This document shows positions 1 to 12,230 of a stretch of DNA of 64,000 nt, in pieces. A program made the position numbers and the translations under genes. This DNA comes from Caecitellus pseudoparvulus. Lineage: Eukaryota > Protista > Bigyra: Bicosoecida. A model generated the notes under the pieces. That model ran no database searches. It saw only the letters and a list, made by a program, of their open reading frames with translations, and had not been told where the DNA came from. The number at the start of each line of letters is the position of its first letter. Within the stretch, counting starts at the first letter, position 1. Location: positions 62,001 to 126,000 of the forward strand of contig CBFFRQ010000048.1 in assembly GCA_965644315.1 (NCBI GenBank), read 5' to 3'.

Positions 1-3000
1 CCTCGCCTTCACACAGGCCGCACAGCAGCTCGCACCAGGCCGCCATGAGACCCTCATCCGCATCCACCAGCTCCATGGCGTGGCTGGCCTTGGCCTGCGC
101 ACGGGCACGCCTCAGTGCCCGCTGCTGCAGGCGCCGCCGCCGCCGGAGCCCTCCGTCCTCCACCTGCCCCGTGCCGTCTGCAGAGAAGAGCTGGGACATG
201 AGGGACACTTGCCCGTCAAAATTCACCTGCCGCAGGTCCCTCGTGTCTTCGGCCGTCAGGTGCATGCCTGCCGACGCCGTGCGCAGGATGGACGGCGTGT
301 CGCTGTCCGAGCTGTCGCCCTCCTCACTCGGCAAGAGGCGCTGGGCCAGCCGCACGACGTTCACGATGCTTGCCAGGCGATCAGCGGCAGAGCCCAGCTC
401 CCGGCCCTCTTGCTTGGAGCGCTGCTCCGCCGCCGCCGTCGGCACTGCCTCCCGCAGCCGGCCCCACATCTTGCTGGCCCGCCGAGGGCGGGTGGTCACT
501 GCCGTGCCGGCACCCTGACTTGCGTGCGAGGGGGGTGTGCGGCCCCCTCCCTCGCCCCCAGCAGCTGTGGGCGACGCGCCCAGCACACTCTTGCGAATCA
601 TCCGAGCAACGCGGCGCTTGGCGTTGGCTTCCTGTCGCTGCACGATAACGTGCACCTGCTCTGCCTGGTGTTTCAGGGTGAGCAGGAAGTGCAGTGCTTT
701 CAGCGCCTTTCGTAGGCGGGTGACTCCCATCACCTTCTCCACGTCGCGCGGCACCTTCAAGTGCTCCACGGATGTCACAACGACATAATGCGGCAGCACG
801 TACCGCAGCAGCACCACGACGAGCACAATGGGCACCAAGGCAGCGGCGAAAATGGCAGCTGCCTCCACCGGCGCGAAGTGCCGCACGATGCCGGGGGCGG
901 CGGCCACCACGAAGGCGCCAGCATAGATGGCCGTCGTGAACAGCACAAAACGGAACAGGAACAGGTACAGCGCGGGGCCCCAGCGGCCACACCAGAACAT
1001 GCGCAGGTGCAAGTGGCGGTGGGCCAGGCTGGCCGTGTCGCTGACACCCCACGCCCGTCGCACCTTGCGTGTCAGCAGCATGGCTGTGGCATCCCGAGCG
1101 CCCTGCTGCACCTCCTGCAGCGACGGCTTGCTGGCAGTGTCCACGGCCCGAGCCGTCGCCTTCTGCTTCGTGAGCGCACCGAACGCTGACTTGGCGCTCT
1201 GGTGCTTCATCACCTCACGGTGCAGGTACAGAGGCAGGTGGGCCGTCACGGGCAGACGCCGACTCTGCATGTGCAAGAACGCCGCATCGCCCTCCTTCTG
1301 CAGGCGCAGGGCTTCGTCGTCGCCTGCCTCCGCGTGTGCTTCAGCCTGCAGCTCGTGCAGGCGCCTCAGGCTCTGCTGTCGAGGACGCAGACGCGAGATG
1401 CGGCGTGGCCGGCGTGGAGGCGGTGGGCTGCCGTCCCCCGCCGCATTCAAGCTGCTGGGCCCTTGGTGCTGGTCGTGCATGAGTGGCTGAGTCAAATCAG
1501 CACTGGCTGAGAAACCCTCCACGTGCCCCTTGCCCGACGGGGACATGAGCGATTTGCCCACTGCATGGCGGCGGGTGCCAAAGGACACCAGCGTGCCCAG
1601 TGACACTTGCCGGAGGTGTTTCAGGGCAGTCTCGCGGTGCTGTTCCGCTTGCAGGTGGAGTAGAGGCGACACCAGCTCCGCCCGCACAGCCTTGAGGTGC
1701 TGCAGCAGGACAAGCAAGATGAGGGGCAGGCACATGGCCATGCCCACCAAGGCAACAAACGATAGCTTTGGGGGCAGCTCCACTAAGATGAAAGCAGTGC
1801 TGGCAAGCAGCAACTCAGCCAGCCACACCTCCACGGGCAGCTCCACCAGCGCCGACACGGCGCTCTCGGTGCGGGCGGCAAGGTACAGCCCAAAATCAAA
1901 ATGCCGCAGCTGCAGCAACATGTGCCCCTTGTGGTCGAACAGCAGCTCATCCTCCAGCCCAGGGCCTCGATGAAGGTTAAACTGGACGTCCCGAAGGCCT
2001 GTCAGCACCTCAGTGTCAGTGCGGTTGCCATGGTGGCCTTGCAGGATCACTCCCGTCGCAGGCTCCCGTGCAACCCGCATGGAGGGAATGCGCCGCAGCG
2101 TTGGTCGCCACACAAAGCGAGAGCGCAGGGCAGAATGCTCTAGATAGCTGTCAATGAAGGGAAGCAACTCCCTCGCCTTGTACGCCGCCGCCACATGCCG
2201 GTCCCCCCAGCAACACAGTCGTGCGAAGCCTGGGCAACGCAGCGCGAAAGAAACGCACGGCGATCCCCATTTTCGCCGCCGCAAACCCTGCTCCGCTCGA
2301 TGCAGCTCCATGTGAGCATGTGCAAAGGTGTTCAGCAGTCCTTCTGGAGAGGTGGGGGTGAGCTTGCTGTGAGACGTACGTACCACGCAACAAAGTGCAA
2401 GGCAGGGCAGCTTGAACACGTACCACTTTCGCGAGCCACAGTTTCGGCGCCGAACCACTCCGCTTTCATGCACCGTGCCACAGCCATGAGCATCAAGACC
2501 AGCATGAGGAGGATCATCATGACCAGGAAAATGGCCATGTGCACGTTTTCTGCGCGGGGTGGCGGTGGGCAGTGACCAGTGCAACCTTGGACGCACCAGG
2601 GTGCACTTAGCACAGCAACTGCCCACCTGTCAACTCCGGGATGAGGTCTTCCTCCTCATCCCCGTACACGAGGGCGCTCAGCTCATTCAGCAACTTTGCC
2701 CGCTGTACTGAGTACACCAGCAAGCCAATGAAACCCAGGAGGGTCAGCTCTGTAAACAGTGCAGCGCGATGCGAGGCAGCCGTGTGCCGGCAATTTCCGC
2801 TGCTTCATGGCCCGGGGCACGCACCCCCGAAAAGTGTGTTGATCACCCTCACCCCCGCTCCTCGGCGGGCAGCCCTGAACAGGCGATCCTTTCCATGCTC
2901 GAAGGCAATGCTGATGCACACCAACACAGCCAAAACCACCAACAGCAGGGGGGCGTCCTTCACCACACCTTCCGGCTCGCCCGGTGCGGCTCCGCCGTGC

Positions 3001-3011
3001 TCCTCTCCCAT
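1..3011 (-). CDS. MLO: MLO-family 7-TM protein (partial; C-terminus runs off the left edge)
   Basis: Spliced by eye: ATG at 3011, introns 2750-2824, 2550-2626 and about 2344-2423, then a long exon inferred to continue past position 1 (translated in several segments, not every codon; absent from the ORF track). MLO motifs appear in the expected order: FGELTLLGFIGLL, ENVHMAIFLV, YLEHSALRSRFV, FDFGLYL, MFWCGRWGPALYLFLFRFVLF, YVLPHYVVVTSV. Confidence 0.85.
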
Positions 3012-3345
3012 ATCAGCCTGCGCCTCACACGTACACCTCCCAGACCAGCCAGGGTGATGGACAGCAGCGATAAATCGCTGTTGCACCGCGTCAAGCCAGT
3101 CAACATTGCTACAGCAACGCAGGAGGCTGGTATGTTGACATCGATGCGCTGTGGCATTTGAGTGCGGACGCCCATTGCAGAGCGCGCTCCCCCACGCGCT
3201 TCGATCCCGTGCACTTCAAAAAAGTGCTCAATCACCACCTTGTGCAGCATTTGCGTGTCGCCCTTTCCCTTGTCTCAGGAGCGCACTCAACTTTGCATCG
3301 CATTGAGCAGCGAAAGTGTGTTCAACGGTAGCGCATTGGAGCAGA

Positions 3346-3870
3346 ATGGCAGAGGCCAGCAAGCAGGCTTCGCTGGAGGAGGAGGTGAAGGGCCCGCTGC
3401 AGGCCTCCCTCAAGGATGTTGCTGCTGCTGGGACGGCAGTGGTTAGTGCTGCGCTGGCAGGTGAGCGCAAGCTGCCCCTCCACCGTCGCGAGAGGACCAG
3501 CCGTTCACCCGCAACCCCTTGCCGCAGACACCCAGGCGCAGTTCGAGCACTTGAATCAGGCCACGACCATAGTTCGCTCCAAGTATGAAGAAGTTGCTGA
3601 CCATGCAGTGGAGGTGTCGGCCTTGCGCCGGGAAGTTGCCGAAGATGGTGCGTGGCTGCAATTTCCGCTGGCCCAGCCCTGCGTGGCCCGAACCGCACTC
3701 CCCGTGCCTGGGTCGCAGATGTTGCACTAGGCGAGCAGTTGAAGCAGGTGGATGTGCTGGAGCAGGCAATGACAGCCCTGGAACGTGTGGCGGCCGACGT
3801 GAGCGCACAGGCCAAGCAGCTGCAGGCGACAGCATTAGGTCTGCCTCTGGCTTCCATGTCCGAGTCATGA
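3346..3870 (+). CDS. BLOC1S2: BLOC-1/BORC subunit 2-like coiled-coil protein
   Basis: Three exons (introns 3461-3527, 3648-3718). The product contains FEHLNQATTIVRSKYEEVAD and LGEQLKQVDVLEQAMTALERVAADVSAQAKQLQA, matching BLOS2 in size and pattern. Confidence 0.65.
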
Positions 3871-3887
3871 CTCGCTCAGCGGTGCAT

Positions 3888-6800
3888 TCACTCGTGCATG
3901 AGCACAGGGGTGACCAGACCCAACGTCGACGCATTGCCTGGGTTCCCGAACTGCCTCCGTTGCTGCACAGTGTTCCTGGCGTGGCGAGCCAGGGCGTCCC
4001 CCTCCCACGCCGTGCGCAGGGACCGCTTCAACTCCACACGGGCGGCTTCCTTCTTGCGCTGGGCGATGAGGGCCCCTTGCATGCCGCGGACAATGTCTTG
4101 CTCCTTTGCCTCCCGGTGCCCACCCGCCTTCTTCTCCACGCGCTTGGCGTCTCCCCTCCCCGTGAAGCACAACACGTCGCCCTGGCCGTGACCGGGGGTC
4201 GGCCCACCCCACACAGACCCACCGCTGGCAGACGTCGCGCTGAGGGGGCCAGTGTGTGCAAAGGTGCCGCCCAGAGTGCGTGTTTGCAGCCCCAGGCGCC
4301 GTGCACGCCCGGCGGTCACGCCCAGACCCAACTCCACGCTCCGGGAGCTGTGCTGGGAAGCGGCCGCAGCGGAGCGGGAAGACAGCCCCTGGGCCATCAC
4401 GGCACGTGCTACGGACTGCAGCCTTGCGTCGTCATCTGCCCACTGCCCTGAGCCGGCCTGGGGCTGCACGACGTGTGCTGTGCTGCGCTTCAGAGCAGCC
4501 GCCTTGGCCCCGTACCGTGTGGGTGCCTTGAGCGCCTGGGCAGGCACGGGGGCGCGGAGGAGGTCCTCTGTTGTTTGGAACAGCGACCCGTCACGCCCAG
4601 CCCCCCGACTAGACGCCCTGCTGCTTGCTCGGGCAGGCGCCGAGGCGTCGCTGGCGCCGAGACCGCCACTGGCCTGGGCTTCACGGCGCGCGAGAGCGCT
4701 TCGCGACGCGCCAGCCGCTGGCATTTCCATGCCCACAGCTCGTGCGGACTGCAGGCGCGCCACTTCCTCGAATGCACCTGGTTTGCCCGCTTCGAAGCGC
4801 TGGGACCATGCGGCACACTCTCGGCGGTACGTGGTGCTCCCGCGGCCTGTGGCGGCCGAGTCCACGCCACGCCGCTGGGTCGCGCCTCGCACCATGTCTC
4901 GCCCTGGCGCCATGTCCCCAGCATCGTCGTCACTGCTGTCTTCCCCTGCCTCAATGCTGGGTGTGCCGGCGGCTGGGTCCTTCCCCGCCGCCCCCACCGC
5001 CTGTGCGAGTGTCGCACCCACGCCATCTGCAGGCCCTCCGCGGTCCACCATCGCCTTGGACGCGTCTGTCGTGCGAGCTTTGATGGTGCTCTGCTTCGCA
5101 GCCACCGCATCGCGAGCTGCCCCCAACTGCCGGTCTGCCACAGCGTCCAGCGGATCCCGTGCCCCGCCAGTCACGAGGGTGGCAGAGATGGCTGGGTGCA
5201 CGGGTTGCCCGTGGGATGTCAGGTGTGCCCCAGCGTACCGGGCAAGGGTTTTCTCCACAGCCTGGCTGACGAGGGTGTGGGCTGCTCGCACCACAGTGCC
5301 GGCGCCAGACACGCCCTGCACAGGGGCAGGCCCCGGCGGCGGCAAACCCCCCTCGCTGCTCTCCACCGCAGCCAAGGCCGCCTCCACGCCTTGCAGGCGA
5401 GCCAGAGCGCCATGCGCCGTGACGGCGCCAGCAGACAGGGGCCGTGAGCTGGCGTCCAGACTGGACAGCGTCTCGCTCCACGCCAGCATGTCCTGCCTGG
5501 ACAGCCAGCCGTCTCCGTCCCGATCAGCCAGGGCCAGCACCCCTGCGATGGCGTGGTCAAGGTCTGTTTGGGGCGCTGGCAGCGGTGCGTGGGAGGGGCC
5601 CGCCTGCAGCTCCTGGATGGCCCGCTGCATCTCCCCCCGTACCCGTGCCCCCTTCTGGTCCGTGATCTTCAGGGTCAAGCTATCCGCCAAGGCCTGACGC
5701 AGGTGCACCGCAAGGTCCCGGATGGACACGTGGTTGTCCACGTCCGTGTCCAGGGACAGGTGCAGCTGCCGGGCCTGGGCGTGGGACATGGGCACGATGG
5801 AGGTCAGGGTGGGGTGGCTGGCCCGCACCGCCTCCCACAACGCCACTACCGTGGGGTCCTTCTGCAGCCCCTCCGACCCCGCGCGGTGTCGGGGACTGCC
5901 AGGCGCCCCCTCCATGCCAGCGGAGGCTGCGAGGCTCTTGGGAGGCCCCCGCAGCGCTGTCGTGCGCTCATGCAGGGGGTCCCGGGACTCCACCGCTCGC
6001 GCGAAGTCCGCGTACGACAAGGCATCTGTACGGGGTGCTGAGCCACGAGTGGACGCGAACTGGTCCCCCGTTCCCGCCCAGGCGTCCACCAGGCGGGCTG
6101 CTTCCCGCCGCGGCAGCTGGATGTGCAGGAGCTGGAGGGAAGACACCAACTCGTCCACGCTCAGCACGCCGTCGCAGTCGGCATCCAGCCAGTTGAAGAG
6201 GCCGGGTGTGAAGCCCTTGGCGTGGGCCTTCTCCCGAAGAAGTGTCAACACGCCCTCTGCCGTGCGTGACGCTGCCAGGTTGCTGCTGGTATCCAGGCGG
6301 GCTCGGATGCTGGCGACACGGGCTGCGGTGGCCTCCGCCCCCTCCCGACCGGTGACCTCCTGCAGGCCTGCTGCAGCCAGCTCACCATCTGTCATTCCAG
6401 CCCCGCCGAACACCATGGTGTCCCCTGGCCCCAAGTCCTGTGCGCCTTGCTTTCGAGGGGGGCGGCGAGGGGCATCGCCCGGACCGGTGGCTGTCATGAA
6501 GCGCCCCCGACAGCCCCTGGCGCGGGCAGAAGTGGCAGCCTTGGCGGCCCCTCCAGGCACCAGGGCGTCCAGGACCTCCACATACTTGACACTCCTTCCG
6601 GCTCCCCGGGAGACGCCCAGGTCGTCCAGCAATGCACGGGTGAAGGTGGTGCCGCCGCTAACCTTGTCGCTGATACGGCGCAAACCCGCCGTCAGCTGCT
6701 TCTCCGTGATAGCGCCGTCACCATTCACGTCCAAGTCCCCAAATGTCCGCACCAACTCCTCGAAGCGTTCCGGCTGCATGCTTGCGCGCAGAGCCAGTGC

Positions 6801-8288
6801 GGCGCTCTCAGCAGCGCTGCGGTCCGCTGCCTTCTGTGCCGCCTCCACTGCGGCAGGGGGCAGTGTCTTCGCTGCACGTGGGGAGACCTCCCCGGAGGCC
6901 ACACCCCCAGTGGCCACACGCCGTGCTCGGCCACTGCGCGCTGAAACTCCCCCCCGCATACGGCGGCTGCTGACATTGCTGGGCGGGTGCGGCGTGGTCC
7001 GACTGGGGTTGCGGGCAGACACCGCCCCAGATCGCTGCGCATATCCGTCCCGCTCGGCGTTGTGCTGCTTCAGCGCCGCCTGAAAGGAGGGCATGGATGT
7101 GCCGGGCGGCGGGGCCGCGCGCCCGGCCTCAGTCCGCAGCGTCACCAGGGGCGCCTCCTGCCCGTCCCCCCTGGCCTGGGCACCCCCCTTCCCTGCCGCC
7201 GGCTTGTCCGGCGCGCCGTCATTGGCCCACACACTACCCAAGCGCCCGTCTCTGGCGGCAGTTGGCGCCAGCTCCCCCTCGGCCACAGCAATAGCCCGTG
7301 CTTCAGCCGCCTCCTCGGCACGCAGCACCGCCCGCGCAGCGGCCAGGTCCAGCTGGGGCACGACGGGAACAGCCGCTGCCTGGCCGTGGGAAGACAGGCC
7401 CATGTGCGCAAAGAGGCCCAGGCGCCCTGGCACGGTCGTCGTCACCTGCGCGTCGCCCAGCGTGCTCTGCACGGGCTCTGCGTCGGTCGGCAGCGGCTCT
7501 GCGTCTGCTGCGCCGGCATCGGACATGCCATCGTCCACATCGCCCGCAACAAGGCATCCGGAGGGCATGTGCCCAGGCCCCTTGCCGTGTGCGGGCGCCT
7601 GCACGAGAGGGTGCAGCTCCAGCTGCACTTTGCCTGGCTCACCCTGCGCCGTCGCGCCACTGAGTGAGCCACGGCCCGTCTTGGATGTGGACGCAGCAGC
7701 ATGGGCCGGGGTGGCCGCTGTGGCGGCCATGGTGGACAGGAGGAAGTCTGCACCCCGGCCGCTCTGGTTCTTGAAGGCCTGGCTGTCCTTCAAGCGAGAC
7801 TGCGTCACGCGCCGCTGCTTCACAGCTTCAGGAGTGCCTGCAGTGGCCTGCGGAAGCCTGCCCACACGCCCTTGCATCCAGCGCCCCGAACCAAACGCGC
7901 CCTTAGATGCTATCGATGCGTTTGCCTTTGTGCCAGCACCATGAGCTCCCTTCTCTGACTGGGACGGAAGGGAAAGCGAAGCCCCGGAGGCGTCGCTGAG
8001 CGACGCCGTTTCTGCCTTTGACAGCCGAGCAGCTGCACGAGCGCTCTTCGAGGCTCCGGCACCCAATGTTCGGGAGAGCTTGGCAGATGATGTTAGCGGT
8101 CTGAAAGAAACCTCTCCATTCTTGCTCTCTGTCTTCCCCAAGCGTGCAGAGGATGACAGGAACGCGCGGCCTGTCTGCGGCTTACGCTGGCGCGTGCGAC
8201 CCACTCCTGCGTAAAGTAGGAAACACAGAGCATGAAGAAGCCGCCTAGCCTGCTATATTGCGCTATGCTACGCACCTGAAGAGGACAT
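3888..8288 (-). CDS. Large EF-hand calcium-binding protein (about 1440 aa)
   Basis: Long ORF plus a micro first exon (ATG TCC TCT TCA G, intron about 8207-8275). Four EF-hand-like loops: DVNGDGAITEKQL, DADCDGVLSVDEL, DTDVDNHVSIRDL, DRDGDGWLSRQDM. The rest is low-complexity. Confidence 0.75.
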
Positions 8289-8517
8289 GGTCTGCTTCGT
8301 GCCCTAACGCTGTGCGTTCGAGGCAGCGCCCGAGGCAACTGAGCTGTCCACACACACACGAGCAAAACCAGCGTCCGACAAACCCTCAGTCGAGCAACAC
8401 CAGGGACTGAACAAGCCAGGGAAAATCGTGAGTATGTACATTGTCAATTGTGTGTGGAGGCAAAGTGCATGTTGCCACTGCGTCCAGCGGCAGAGGGGGG
8501 TGGGGCTGGGCAGCCGG

Positions 8518-11133
8518 TCAACCCAAACTCCTTGTACCCGCTGGAAGACTGCTGGCACACTCGAGGCTGCTGCTTGCCCCGCTGGACAAGCCAAGCGCTT
8601 GCTCCAGCGTCGCCCACTCCGCCGGCTTCGTCACTACCACGTCTGCGCCCGCCTCCAGAAACTCCGCACGGTCACTCCCAATGGCGTTGCCTGTCAAACC
8701 CACCACATGCCCGGTGTACCCCGCCTCACGCATCTTCCGCACCGCAGCCACGCCTGACAACACGGGCATGGAGTTGTCCAGCGTCACGTGGGTCGGCAGC
8801 TGCCCCTCCCCGCCCAGCGCAGCCAGCACCAAGTCCACAGCTGCCTGCCCATCTCGCGCTTTGGACAGGCTGGCAGGGTGCAGCTTGCGCTGCAGCAGTC
8901 GACTCAGCACTCGCAGTGTCGTGGAATCGTCGTCCACCACTAGCAAATGCATGCGACCACCTGGAGCTCGGCCCCGCCCCACCCCTTGCTCTGAGCTGGC
9001 CATGCCTGTGGATGAGCCGCTCGGCACGGCAGACACGCCACTCGCACTCGACACAGACGGCACAGGCAGCCCCTTGTCGTGTGGCGCCTGCTTCGTTGGC
9101 GCAACACGCACGCCCACAGCACCGGCAGGGGGCTTGGCTGGTGTGCCGCCGCTGCACCGCACCCACACCTGTGCCTTCACCGTGAACGCCGTCCCCTTCC
9201 CCAGGCCCTCGCTGTCCACCGTCAGGTTGCCCCCGTGCAGCAGCATGGCACGGCGTGAGATGTTCAGGCCCAGCCCCGTGCCCTCCTCCCCCGTGTGCAG
9301 GCGGGAGAACGGCACGAAGATGCTCGCCTGCTCCTCCCGCGTCATGCCCCGCCCATCGTCCGACACACACACCTCCAGCATCGCCACCGTCCAGCCGTCA
9401 CCAGGCGGCGCCGTCAGCCCCCCTGTCCCCTCCTCTACTGGCCCACCCCCCTGACAGCATGACCGGCCGCCACCCCCTGCCACACCAGCCCCGCTCTGGA
9501 CACCTGCACTTGCGCCGAAGCCTCCCTGCAACTGCAGCGCCACTTCAACGTGCCCACCACGAGGGGTGTACTTGGATGCGTTGTCCAGCAAGTTCAACAC
9601 GGCCTGCCGCACACGCATGCCGTCACCGTACACTTGCACCTCGCCGCATGACTTCAAGCCCCGCCCATCCACTCGCCCCTCGCCCAGCCGCAAAGCCACA
9701 CCCACCGCCGCAAAGGAAGGCGCAGACAGCCGCCCAATGTCCCCCCACCACCCACACAGGTCAAACACGCCACCTCGCAGCTCCTGTGCGCCTGCCTCCA
9801 GACGCGCCATGTCAAGCGTGCGATCCATGAGTGCCTTGATGTGTTTCAGCGCGGCGCGCACTTCTCCCACTGCTGCTCGCCGCTGGCCCTGCACACCCAG
9901 CCAGTCAGGCACGTCAACCTGCCCCACCTCCCGTGTGATGTCGTGACCACTGCCGCCCTTCACGTGCACGTCTGGAGGGGCAAGGGCTGCCCTGCCAGGG
10001 GAGACGGCGCCGCGCAACGTCGCCTTGCCTTGGTCCACTTCCCCCTCGCTTTCCAGGGACTCCACCTCCTCCAGGGACAGGATGGCGACGTTGGCCGGCA
10101 CACGCACCTCGTGGGACAAGTACCGCAGGAAGGAGTGCAGGGACGCGGCACGGGTCGCCTCGGCCAGCAGCAACTGAGCGTACACTGCTGCCGGTACAAA
10201 TACGCCGAGGACGTGGGACCCCACGAAGAAGCCGACCAAAGCAAACTTGTCAATGGATGCTCTGGTGATCAAAGCGATGAGTAGTGACAGCACTGCACCA
10301 ATGCCGCCAGCATTCGCAGCTGTGACAAAGGTCCTATGCAAGGTGGTGCTCCTGAACGTCAATACTCTGGAAACTTGTGCTACGAGGACAAGAAGCATCT
10401 GCAGCGCACGGATGAAGGGGCGCCCACTCCCTTTCAAAGTCGAGCAGCCGTCAGCCTGTTCCTGACTGTCGCACACTGTGAACGACACTTCCACACCCAG
10501 GACACAGGAATACAGGACTATCCATGCACGCCAATCCATCACAGTGCGGATCAGTCCCTGAACCCACCCACTTCTCCGCCGTGCAGGGGAGCCTGAGTTC
10601 GGATGCCGCTTGATCGTGCCAACTTCCTCAGCCTTCGCCAAAGTATCGTCCACGAACTGCAAAAGGATCGGAGCTCCGAACAACAGAGGGTTGGCTGACG
10701 TGGGGCCAGCGAGAATCGCAAAGACAACCCCTGATGCAAGGCCTGTTGGGCGAAGCGATGGTGCCAGCAGCACGATCGAAACAGCAAACACGGCTGCGCC
10801 CGTGTACAGCCAGAAAGTGGAGATCAGCCAACGCATGCGGGCCAGCAGCGCCTTGCCGCCACTCGGGCGCCTTCGCGAAGCTGCCCCGGCGCCTTGCCCG
10901 GACTGCCCGCTCTCCCACGCCACCAGCAGCAACCCCACCACTATGAGTGCAACTGCGACTTGCAGGGCTATGTCTGCGCGCACTTGAGGCCCCGCATCTG
11001 CGTAGCGCTCTTTTGTGGAAGGCGCATCTTCGGCCTGCAACACACGCGAAATTCCGCAGGCTGTCAAGACCAACGTGGCAAGAAGAATAGGTCCCGCAAG
11101 CTCCCTCGCCACTGTAGCAGGGGAGAACACCAT
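8518..11133 (-). CDS. Membrane-bound hybrid sensor histidine kinase (multi-TM, HisKA, HATPase_c, REC)
   Basis: H-box FLRYLSHEVRVP, N-box NLLDNASKYT, G1 DDGRG, F-box IFVPF, G2 GTGLGL. Receiver motifs VVDDD, LDNSMP, LTGNA, TKP. About 8 hydrophobic N-terminal segments; no intron needed. Confidence 0.92.
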   Translation of the reverse strand: MVFSPATVARELAGPILLATLVLTACGISRVLQAEDAPSTKERYADAGPQVRADIALQVAVALIVVGLLLVAWESGQSGQGAGAASRRRPSGGKALLARMRWLISTFWLYTGAAVFAVSIVLLAPSLRPTGLASGVVFAILAGPTSANPLLFGAPILLQFVDDTLAKAEEVGTIKRHPNSGSPARRRSGWVQGLIRTVMDWRAWIVLYSCVLGVEVSFTVCDSQEQADGCSTLKGSGRPFIRALQMLLVLVAQVSRVLTFRSTTLHRTFVTAANAGGIGAVLSLLIALITRASIDKFALVGFFVGSHVLGVFVPAAVYAQLLLAEATRAASLHSFLRYLSHEVRVPANVAILSLEEVESLESEGEVDQGKATLRGAVSPGRAALAPPDVHVKGGSGHDITREVGQVDVPDWLGVQGQRRAAVGEVRAALKHIKALMDRTLDMARLEAGAQELRGGVFDLCGWWGDIGRLSAPSFAAVGVALRLGEGRVDGRGLKSCGEVQVYGDGMRVRQAVLNLLDNASKYTPRGGHVEVALQLQGGFGASAGVQSGAGVAGGGGRSCCQGGGPVEEGTGGLTAPPGDGWTVAMLEVCVSDDGRGMTREEQASIFVPFSRLHTGEEGTGLGLNISRRAMLLHGGNLTVDSEGLGKGTAFTVKAQVWVRCSGGTPAKPPAGAVGVRVAPTKQAPHDKGLPVPSVSSASGVSAVPSGSSTGMASSEQGVGRGRAPGGRMHLLVVDDDSTTLRVLSRLLQRKLHPASLSKARDGQAAVDLVLAALGGEGQLPTHVTLDNSMPVLSGVAAVRKMREAGYTGHVVGLTGNAIGSDRAEFLEAGADVVVTKPAEWATLEQALGLSSGASSSLECASSLPAGTRSLG

Positions 11134-11519
11134 TGATTAACCGTTGTTTGTAGCTTGCGCTCTTGCAGGCTTGCAGAGCAGCGAGGCAAGGCTTTGATGG
11201 AGCGCGTGTGTGCTGGATGCGGACTTGGCAGCGCTCCTCGCAGCGCGGCCTGGCTTCAAAGCTAGCGCTCACCCAGCGTGCGTAACAGAGTGGGGTGGAC
11301 TACGGACCATACTCTGACGACAAGAGGGTGCACATGACCCCGGAATGAGTTGTGGGCGGCAACACTCTCAGTGAGCGACTACGTCAAGTTCACCCCCACA
11401 TACACTTTGTCGCCATCCCACACAATCCCTTGGTGAAACAAGATCGCTGGTGAATGAGGAGAGCACCTTTTGATCTTAATGCATGTATCAGCTGATCCCT
11501 TGCTGGAGACCATAGAAGA

Positions 11520-12206
11520 ATGCTTCGCCAACAGCTGTTTAGTACTGCCAGGAAGCGGCTGGACACGCTCTTCCTACTGCATGCCGTCATTTCGATTCTG
11601 GAGGGAGGTGTAGCCTTTCTCCTCCCACATTTCTGGCAGCACATTCTCATATACTATGAGGGCGACTCCGTCGCCCATGCTGGAGGCAAGGCTCGCATTG
11701 CGCACATCATAACACGGCTGTATGGTGCGTGCGTGCGTTTCGGCTGAAACGGCAGCCAAGCGAGACCGCCTCACCTGGCCCTTTCCCAACCGCAGGATCG
11801 CTGATCCTGGTCCAGGGGTGGTTTGTATGGAACCTTCGAAAGGTTGAGAATGCTGCTTTCCGCAAGGCCGTCGTACAAGGTGCGAGTGCTTGGTATACGT
11901 TGACTCGGGCGGTCTGGTCTCACGCGTGATTTGCCACTGCTCCCCCGCAGGCTACTCTGTGCTCTTTTTCCTGAGCGGGGCGACTTTGTTGCGTGCACAA
12001 TTGACAGACGATGATGGGACTATGAGTGGCATGAATTGGTGCGCTGTGCTCAGTCCAGACCAGCACACAAGCGCACTGTGCACCTTGTGCCTCTCCCATG
12101 CAGGCTCAACATCACACTGTTCTTCGGGTTGTGTGCCTACTACGCGTACTTCGTTGTTGTGGAGCCCATCAAGGTGTTTCAGGGCATCGGCAAGTCCTTC
12201 TCTTGA
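11520..12206 (+). CDS. Small 4-TM membrane protein, TP53I11-like
   Basis: Four exons joined at GT-AG introns give ...HIITRLYG|SLILVQGWFVWNLR...G|YSVLFFLSG...NW|LNITLFFGLCAYYAYF...KSFS*. The RLYG motif followed by a TM segment resembles TP53I11. Gene structure is well supported; the family call is tentative. Confidence 0.55.
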
Positions 12207-12230
12207 GCTTTGCTTGTGAAATGCATGTCT

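Noticed and set aside
10150-11133. Histidine kinase rhodopsin
   Set aside because: No retinal-binding DxxxK motif in the last TM helix and no opsin-like motifs.
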